From NCBI GenBank assembly GCA_046542505.1, contig JBKHBH010000072.1, positions 1-11,062 of the forward strand: 11,062 nt of DNA. The letters run 5' to 3'. Under the pieces are notes generated by a model. It did not search any database, was not told the DNA's origin, and saw only the letters and a list, made by a program, of their open reading frames with translations. Both the position numbers and the translations under genes were made by a program. This document shows positions 1 through 6,191 of this stretch, one piece after another. This stretch comes from Thermovirgaceae bacterium. GTDB lineage: Bacteria; Synergistota; Synergistia; Synergistales; Thermovirgaceae. Numbering within the stretch: the stretch's first letter is position 1; each line of letters opens with the position of its first letter.

Positions 1-40
1 GAAACAGCGGATAGATCGTCCGGGAAAGCCGGAGCATGAC

Positions 41-958
41 TTGCAACAGATGAAGGACAGGCTACAGGACGAGATTGCCATGTGGAACCTGTTGTTTGAG
101 CAATCCAGGGACGGGATCGTTATCCTCGACCAAAACGGGAAAGTTTACAAGAGCAACAAGAAGTTTGCAGAAATGCTGGGGTACACCATCGGGGAAATCA
201 CAGAACTGCATGTGTGGGACTGGGATTGCATGTACTCGCAGGCACAGTTGCAGGAGATGGTCCGGACGGTGGATCCGGGCGGTGTCATGCTTGAGACCAG
301 GCATCGTCGAAAAGACGGAACCGTCATCGACGTGGAGCTCAGCAACAGCGGCACCGTGTACAAGGGCAGAAAGCTGATTTTCTGCGTCTGTCGGGACGTC
401 ACTGAGCGCAACCGAACGCAAAAGATTCTCGAGGAAAGAGAGAAAAAATTTCATGAACTCAGTATCATTGACGAGCTGACGCAGCTTTACAACGCCAGGC
501 ATTTTTTCAAGCAGCTTGGCATGGAAGTCGAACGGGCGGCGCGGTACGGATACCCCCTTTCCCTGATGTTTCTGGATCTCGACGATTTCAAGCAGTTCAA
601 CGATGCCTATGGTCACGTCGAGGGTGACAAGGTTCTAAAACGGATGGGACAGGTCATCAAGGGATGCCTGAGAAAAACGGATCTGGCCTTCCGCTACGGA
701 GGCGAGGAGTTCGCAGTCCTCATGCCGATGACTACAGGCGAAGACGGGGGAGTCGCGGCGGAGCGCATACGTACGGAGTTCAAAAGGGAGGGCTTTTCGC
801 CTGCGGAGGGAGTGCGGGTGCACCTGACAGTGAGCATCGGTGTCGCCGAATATGCGAGACAGTTTGACATTAAGGGCTTTCTCCGGCAGGTGGACAGCCT
901 GATGTATCAGGCGAAAAAGCAGGGGAAAGACATGACCTGTTCCTCGACGATGTTCTAG
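41..958 (+). CDS. PAS-domain sensor diguanylate cyclase (PAS/PAC + GGDEF)
   Basis: PAS/PAC motifs (DGIVILDQNG..N..FAEMLGY; RHRRKDG..VEL; RDVTER), then IDELTQLYN, DLDDFKQFNDAYGHVEGD, RYGGEEF, TVSIGVA, MYQAK. GGAG lies 6 nt before TTG41, but the frame is open back to base 2, so the true start may be upstream of the window. Confidence 0.95.
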   Translation: MQQMKDRLQDEIAMWNLLFEQSRDGIVILDQNGKVYKSNKKFAEMLGYTIGEITELHVWDWDCMYSQAQLQEMVRTVDPGGVMLETRHRRKDGTVIDVELSNSGTVYKGRKLIFCVCRDVTERNRTQKILEEREKKFHELSIIDELTQLYNARHFFKQLGMEVERAARYGYPLSLMFLDLDDFKQFNDAYGHVEGDKVLKRMGQVIKGCLRKTDLAFRYGGEEFAVLMPMTTGEDGGVAAERIRTEFKREGFSPAEGVRVHLTVSIGVAEYARQFDIKGFLRQVDSLMYQAKKQGKDMTCSSTMF

Positions 959-986
959 GCCGCCTCAGGGTGGCCTGTTTTTTTTT
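957..986 (+). terminator. Rho-independent terminator after the diguanylate cyclase gene
   Basis: AGGCCGCC(957-964)-TCAG-GGTGGCCT(969-976) forms an 8-bp stem with one G-U, followed by G and T9 (978-986). Confidence 0.85.
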
Positions 987-1027
987 ACAAACAGGCGATT
1001 CATCTCATATCAAGGCAGGTGAAAATT

Positions 1028-1723
1028 GTGGACCAGAACGAGAGAAACAGACAATTCGTGGTGGACACGATGGCGGAGGACGCCTGGAGGATGTTTCGTA
1101 TTATCGGGGAGTTTGCCGACGGGTTCGAGGCCTTGAGCGGGCTGGGTGCGGCCGTTACAGTCTTTGGCTCGGCCCGGGGTTCCCTCAAATCGGAAGTGTA
1201 CAGAAAGGCCGAAATTCTGGGTGAGGCCCTGGCGAAAGCCGGATACGCGGTGTTGACCGGAGGCGGCCCGGGTGTCATGGAGGCGGCAAACAAGGGCGCT
1301 TTTCAGACCGGTGGCCGGAGCATTGGTCTCAACATAGACCTGCCGCACGAACAGTCGCCGAATCCATATCAGACAGACAGGGTTTCCTTTCGCTATTTCT
1401 TTGTCCGGAAGGTGATGCTCGTCAAGTACGCCAGGGCTTTCGTGGCTTTCCCCGGAGGCTATGGCACTCTCGATGAGTTGTTCGAGGCGCTGACGCTGAT
1501 CCAGACGCTCAAGATCCACCCCTTCCCTGTGTATCTTGTGGGAACGGATTTTTGGGGAGGACTGGTGGACTGGATGAAGAATACGCTGATGGAGCAGGGC
1601 ACGATTTCCACGAAAAACTTGCATCTGTTCAAGCTGGTTGATGACGTGGAGAGGATACCGGAGGAAATAGAGGCCTACTACAAGCATGAAAACCGTGCCG
1701 GCTTCGATGTTCCCGGCCAGTAA
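1028..1723 (+). CDS. LOG family (TIGR00730 Rossmann-fold) nucleotide phosphoribohydrolase-like protein
   Basis: Motifs VTVFGSAR, TGGGPGVMEAANKGA, FRYFFVRKVMLVKY, PGGYGTLDELFE. GTG1028 is preceded by SD-like AGGTGA (1017-1022). GTG1019 is an alternative start. Confidence 0.93.
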   Translation: MDQNERNRQFVVDTMAEDAWRMFRIIGEFADGFEALSGLGAAVTVFGSARGSLKSEVYRKAEILGEALAKAGYAVLTGGGPGVMEAANKGAFQTGGRSIGLNIDLPHEQSPNPYQTDRVSFRYFFVRKVMLVKYARAFVAFPGGYGTLDELFEALTLIQTLKIHPFPVYLVGTDFWGGLVDWMKNTLMEQGTISTKNLHLFKLVDDVERIPEEIEAYYKHENRAGFDVPGQ

Positions 1724-1801
1724 CAGGCACGCAAAATCTCGGGATTGAACCCGGATAGCCGGAATGTACCCTTTTGGGGCATGGATGGTGTACCGGAAGA
1801 C

Positions 1802-2580
1802 TCACGGGGTTTCGTTCCCTGAATATCTGAGAAGCCTTCCCTCAAAAGACTCGGGAGAGCTTCGACTTTCAAGGATCAGGCAATCCTTTCTCTGGATGGC
1901 CCGTTTGAGGTTGAGGGGGAAAGGGAATGTCCCCAAGTCTATAAGTGGCTGGATTTGGGAAACGGTTCTTTTCGCCAATCCTTCCGGGGCATTGGCATTG
2001 TCGATCCGCATGGAGTAGTCGGTGAGCCATATCTCCCGTCCATTGCGGATGTCGAACCGGCCTTGCAGTTCGAAAAAAAACGTTCAGGAAGAGAACCTTC
2101 TTGTATCCCTCGACATAAACGCCCCCGTCCCGGAACCTCAACCGAATGTCTTGCCAGTTTTTTTCAACACCGCCAAAGATGCCGGAACGAAAAGCAGCAT
2201 CCACATCGTCCTCGCAAACCAGGACTTTTGTCCGGACGAGGAGTGCATGTTCCACGCCTGGGCCTGTTTCATCCCAGGTCGAAGGATGTGTGAAGGTTAC
2301 GTCCATGGCATCGACCTGGAGTCTTTCGATGCGGACGCATCCCACGAGGCAGCCTTCAAGATCCAGGTAGATGCGTCGCACCCGGCGGTTTTCGTCAAAA
2401 GTTCCATCCAGAATCATCTCCATTGATTCAGGGCGGAGTCCAGACAGGAAGGCCTCGAAAAGTGTCTCCGAGGTGATTTGGTTCGTGTTTCCAGCATGAG
2501 CGGGAAGTGGGAGGGAAAAAAAGAACACCAAGGAGAAGGCACCAACATACTACATAAAGGAAGTGCTTGTTCTGAACCAT
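1802..2580 (-). pseudogene. Secreted protein resembling LmeA/DUF2993 phospholipid-binding proteins, interrupted by two +1 frameshifts (pseudogene, phase-variable gene or sequencing error)
   Basis: GGAGG lies 8 nt before ATG2580. Three consecutive frames join into one 258-aa protein if one base is removed from A7 (2516-2522) and one from A8 (2073-2080): MVQNKHFLYVVCWCLLLGVLF|SLPLPAHA-GNT...YKKVLFLNVF|FELQGRFDIRNGREIWLTDYSMRIDNANAP...NETP*. The family assignment is recalled resemblance only. Confidence 0.7.
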
Positions 2581-2633
2581 CTGCTCGTCCTCCCGAGCGG
2601 GCTTTGTCCACCTAAAGACAGGTACCAGGCAAT

Positions 2634-2661
2634 AATATACTTCCGTGCCCTCTATAGCCAA
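2634..2661 (-). promoter_or_regulatory. Possible sigma70-type promoter for the frameshifted LmeA-like gene
   Basis: Minus strand TTGGCT-N16-TATATT, about 55 nt upstream of ATG2580. Confidence 0.3.
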
Positions 2662-2809
2662 GAGGTCATAGAAAGTATGTATGCGTACATTTTACCGCTT
2701 TCGATGCCTTCAGATTGGCAGCTCTGGTGGAAAGCATGAGTTCAAGCGGCGTTCTCTTCAAGTTGGAAGAGGTAAAGTGAAAGAGAGTTTTTCAGGCGGG
2801 CGGAAATTA

Positions 2810-2838
2810 TTGTGCGATATAATAAAGAGTTATATCAT
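2810..2838 (+). promoter_or_regulatory. sigma70-type promoter with overlapping dyad (operator-like) upstream of the 3-hydroxyacyl-CoA dehydrogenase gene
   Basis: TTGTGC(2810-2815)-N17-TATCAT(2833-2838) in an AT-rich patch. A perfect inverted repeat GATATAA-N7-TTATATC (2816-2836) covers the spacer and -10. Confidence 0.55.
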
Positions 2839-3114
2839 TATAGAAGCACCTATAAAACACGAAAATCGCTGATATCCGGGTTTTCCGGCGATGACCGGCC
2901 ACGTAATCAAATTTCGGCAGAAAGTGAATGGAGAATATAGTTTACCATGCAACCAGAAGCAGGAGCTTTGACCAGGCCTCGGGGATTTATGGTTCGGGAA
3001 AGACTTTATCGGACGGCCCGGGATGGAGAGGTCTGTGGGAATTATTGCTGATTCCACAGTGATCAGTGAGAATCATACTGCACGAAGCAAGCTTTTCGAG
3101 AAAGGGGTTTACTA

Positions 3115-4068
3115 ATGTTTGCCCGTGATGTCAGGAAAGTTTGCATCATCGGAACAGGTACGATGGGTTCTTCCATAGCATTGAACTTTGCCTGGGAAGG
3201 CTGGGAAGTGGAGCTTTATGCCAGGTCGGCGGAGAGCCTTGAAAAAGGTATCAAGCTTGTTCAGAAGAATATTGGGATTCTTGTGGGGAACGGCCTCCTG
3301 GAGCCTCATGGTGTTTCCCAGGTTGTGAACAGAATTCAAGGGCTGACTGAAATCGAGGCCGCCTCGACGGATATGCCGTTTCTCATTGAATGCGTTTCTG
3401 AAGACCTGGGAACGAAACGGGAGGTTTTCAGGCGGCTGGAGGGACATTTTGCAAAGGAGACGGTCTTTGCGACGAATACATCGAGCCTGAGGCCTACAGA
3501 AATTGCAAAAGCCCTTGAGAGAAAGGACAGGTTTCTGGCGGCCCATTTCTGGAACCCCGCGCACCTTTTGCCTCTCGTGGAAATCATGCCGGGAGAGGAG
3601 ACTGCCGAAGAAACAGTAGGATTCACGAAGGATATCATGGAAAGGATCGGCAAGGACCCTGTCGTCCTTCACAAGGAAACGCCAGGCTATATCGGCAACA
3701 GGCTGCAATATGCAATGCTGAGGGAAGCGCTGCATTTGGTGGATTCGGGGGTCGCCTCGAAGGAGGATGTGGACAGGGCGGTGAAATCCGGAATCGGAAG
3801 AAGGCTGGCCATCACAGGGCCCATAGAGACGGCGGACCTGGGAGGAACCCATATCTTTGCCGCAATCAGTGAAATGCTTCTCCCGGAATTGAGCAACACC
3901 ACGGAGATTTCTCCGACTCTTGCCGAAGCCGTGAAAAGGGGAGATCTTGGGTATTCCACAGGTCGGGGAATTTATGTATGGCCCCCGGAAAAGCTGGAGG
4001 AGATCCGTCAGGAGAGACAGCAGGTTCTGATCGAATGGCTGCGGAAGGACAAAAAAAGGCAGAGGTGA
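3115..4068 (+). CDS. 3-hydroxyacyl-CoA dehydrogenase family protein (3-hydroxybutyryl-CoA dehydrogenase-like, NAD-binding)
   Basis: Rossmann IIGTGTMG, ECVSEDLGTKREVF, ATNTSSL, catalytic HFWNPAHLLPLVE, PGYIGNRLQYAMLREA, GPIETADLGG, GDLGYSTGRGIY. SD AAAGGGG. Substrate cannot be determined from sequence alone. Confidence 0.93.
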   Translation: MFARDVRKVCIIGTGTMGSSIALNFAWEGWEVELYARSAESLEKGIKLVQKNIGILVGNGLLEPHGVSQVVNRIQGLTEIEAASTDMPFLIECVSEDLGTKREVFRRLEGHFAKETVFATNTSSLRPTEIAKALERKDRFLAAHFWNPAHLLPLVEIMPGEETAEETVGFTKDIMERIGKDPVVLHKETPGYIGNRLQYAMLREALHLVDSGVASKEDVDRAVKSGIGRRLAITGPIETADLGGTHIFAAISEMLLPELSNTTEISPTLAEAVKRGDLGYSTGRGIYVWPPEKLEEIRQERQQVLIEWLRKDKKRQR

Positions 4069-4192
4069 TGTCCCTTCGGGGCTTTGGTGTACCCGATGCT
4101 GCGCTCCAGGGATTTCCGGTTTTTTCCTGTTCCGGCGAGCAATGAAAGTCTTTGGTTACTTTTTTCGCCGTGTTTTGATGAAAGAGGGGAGT

Positions 4193-4235
4193 CAAAAAAG
4201 GGGAGCGCCCCCGGCCTGAAAGCGCCCCTTTTTTG
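4193..4235. terminator. Bidirectional Rho-independent terminator between convergent genes
   Basis: CAAAAAAGGGG(A)GCGC ... GCGCCCCTTTTTTG inverted repeat, with A6 before and T6 after the GC stem. Confidence 0.8.
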
Positions 4236-4261
4236 GTCCTTGCGGGAAAGGCCCTTCGCGC

Positions 4262-4645
4262 TTAATCCATGTTGGGCATTGCGTAGAAAGAACCCTGGGC
4301 AGAGTTGTCGTTGTAGGCCCATTTACCGATTATTCTGTTCATAAAATCGATCGTGCCGGTGAAGATGATCGGCCGTTCTCCACCTTGGACGACATAAAAC
4401 TCGACCGATTTGTCCATCCGGACCTCACCTTCAATGTCAAGCTGTGACATGAACACCTGCGAACGCCCGGTTCCATCGATGTAACCGTTTTGGTTTATGC
4501 TGATGACAAAGGCCCCGTAATCGTCTCTTCCGACGAAAGTCCCCCTGTATGTCCCAACCCAGTTTTCATCGGTGGCTGCGAAAGAAGTGGCGGCGAACAC
4601 CATTATCGCTACAAGAGCAATGATCCACATTTTCCTTTCTTTCAT
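4262..4645 (-). CDS. Secreted 127-aa hypothetical protein, predicted small beta-barrel; paralogue of 8569-8952
   Basis: SD AGAAAGGAAG upstream of ATG4645. Signal peptide MKERKMWIIALVAIMVFAATSFA|A. 54/127 ungapped identity (manual count) to the 8569-8952 product. Confidence 0.88.
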   Translation of the reverse strand: MKERKMWIIALVAIMVFAATSFAATDENWVGTYRGTFVGRDDYGAFVISINQNGYIDGTGRSQVFMSQLDIEGEVRMDKSVEFYVVQGGERPIIFTGTIDFMNRIIGKWAYNDNSAQGSFYAMPNMD

Positions 4646-5024
4646 GATGATGCACTTCCTTTCTTTGATAGTGTTTTCAAGTACAAAAAATAGACTCGCA
4701 TAGCGTAAAATTAAAGGGGTAGACAGGTAACAGAAAAAAGCGTTTTGCCCAATGCGTTGAGTGAGAGTGTCTTTATGCAACGCGGTTTGATGGTATGAAA
4801 GAACGGGCTTGAAATTTCCCGGGAGAAAGGAGGGCCAGCCATGTAATGTCACGCCGAATTCCCCTTGGTCAGTACGAAAAAACAGACAAGAACTCATCCC
4901 TCTCCCGGGGGATGTGGATCGGATCGTGCAAAAGGCGTGGATCGACGAGGGTTTTGTACTTGTTTCTGAAAAGGAAAATCCAAAATTCTCATGCGCACTT
5001 TTTTGTGATCCTTCGTCAAAAATG

Positions 5025-5162
5025 TTATCTTTTGATGAACCGAAGCAGAAACATGACAATGGCGATGACCAGCAGGACATGGATCATGCCCCCCATGGTG
5101 TTCGATGTCACAAGTCCCAAAAGCCACAGGACGATCAAAACTACAACAATTATTGTCAACAT
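5025..5162 (-). CDS. lmo0937-family (DUF5670-like) small membrane protein, 45 aa
   Basis: MLTIIVVVLIVLWLLGLVTSNTMGGMIHVLLVIAIVMFLLRFIKR shows the family pattern LWLLG...GG.IH.LLV.A. SD GAGGTG lies 6 nt upstream. Confidence 0.88.
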   Translation of the reverse strand: MLTIIVVVLIVLWLLGLVTSNTMGGMIHVLLVIAIVMFLLRFIKR

Positions 5163-5250
5163 TTCGTTCACCTCACTATTTCCGAGCTTCCCTTGGGTAG
5201 GGGAGCAGGTACAGAAATAATGCAGAGTGAGTTCAGCGACAAGCCCCCTG

Positions 5251-5967
5251 TTACTTGCCGGCCTTTTCGACAAGGGCCATCAGGGAAGACAGCAGGGGCT
5301 GAACGGTGTTTTTCGTGGCAGGTTTCAGAAGAATTTCCCTGGAATTGTAGTTCCCCGCCCCCCAATAGGAGGAATTCGCTTCCTCATCTGTTGCCATTAC
5401 TGCTCCGCCCAGTGAAATTCCCGCGAACAGGCCCTTGCTGATCGAATAGCTGTAGATGGAGGCCTTCAGGTTTGCGTCTGTCGCGGCTCCTGCGCTACGT
5501 CCTACCGGGCCGGCTGCGACGCTGACATCGGCACCCAGCTTCACCGTGTCTCCGTAGAAATGCTCCATGCCCGCCTTGTTAGATATGACAAGAAGAAGAG
5601 CAGTAGACTGGAAGCCAATCTGCAGGCCGTAAGACATCCCGGTGATATTCATAAAACTCGGGCCGTACCATTTTCCCGTCAAAGGGTCGTGCCTCAGGAC
5701 GACTCCTTTCCCGTAGGATCCTCCCAAACCTATTGCACCCTTGTAGAAACTCGGGATGATAACGACTCCATGGGATCCTTTCACCATGTCGGCCATCGTA
5801 CCGACATCTTCCTGGCCGACCATTCCCCGAACGACCTCTGTTGCTGAAACGAGGCGCTCGTCCGGTGTCAAGGCAAATGATGGTGAAGCGTTAAAAACCA
5901 TTCCTGGCAGGGCAAACACCATGGCAAATATCGACGCGCAAGTCATTTTTCGTATATTCAACTTCAT
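5251..5967 (-). CDS. Lipid-binding SYLF/YSC84 domain protein with signal peptide
   Basis: GVVIIPSFYKGAIGLGGSYGKGV, WYGPSF, SYGLQIG, KLGADVSVAAGPVGR, SIYSYSISKGLFAGISLGG, ANSSYWG. N-terminal hydrophobic signal ending SFA. SD GGGGAG before ATG5967. Confidence 0.92.
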   Translation of the reverse strand: MKLNIRKMTCASIFAMVFALPGMVFNASPSFALTPDERLVSATEVVRGMVGQEDVGTMADMVKGSHGVVIIPSFYKGAIGLGGSYGKGVVLRHDPLTGKWYGPSFMNITGMSYGLQIGFQSTALLLVISNKAGMEHFYGDTVKLGADVSVAAGPVGRSAGAATDANLKASIYSYSISKGLFAGISLGGAVMATDEEANSSYWGAGNYNSREILLKPATKNTVQPLLSSLMALVEKAGK

Positions 5968-6149
5968 GTTCAACTTCTCCCCTCAGGCTGCTTCTGCCCT
6001 GTTGCTGTAAATGCCTGAATCCTTTCAGTTCAGTATCCCTTTGGTTTTCATTGCTGGACGATCCGTTTTTCCGGGTAGGGAGGAACAAAATATTTTGCCG
6101 GTACCTTTCCACGATATCCAAGGCCCGGTCTCATGGTACAGTCCCGGGG

Positions 6150-6179
6150 AAAAAGGCCGGGCAGTATATACTGCCCGGC
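6150..6179 (-). terminator. Rho-independent terminator after the 582-aa repeat protein gene
   Basis: Perfect 24-bp palindrome GCCGGGCAGTATATACTGCCCGGC (6156-6179), followed on the minus strand by CTTTTT, 12 nt after the stop codon. Confidence 0.85.
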
Positions 6180-6191
6180 AGGGTGCCGCCA

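Noticed and set aside
2850..3035. Fragments reminiscent of purine (TATAA..GATAT..GTTT..CGTAA) or SAM-I (TTATC..GGAGAGG) riboswitches
   Set aside because: The core nucleotides, spacing and helices do not match either family.
4842..4851. TGTAATGTCA matching the reverse complement at 8045-8054
   Set aside because: The two copies have opposite orientation relative to their genes, and a few 10-mer matches are expected by chance across all spacers.
4646..5080. N-terminal extension making the 4262-5080 ORF 272 aa
   Set aside because: The SD, signal peptide and ungapped alignment to the paralogue all put the start at ATG4645. The extension overlaps the lmo0937-like gene and looks non-coding.
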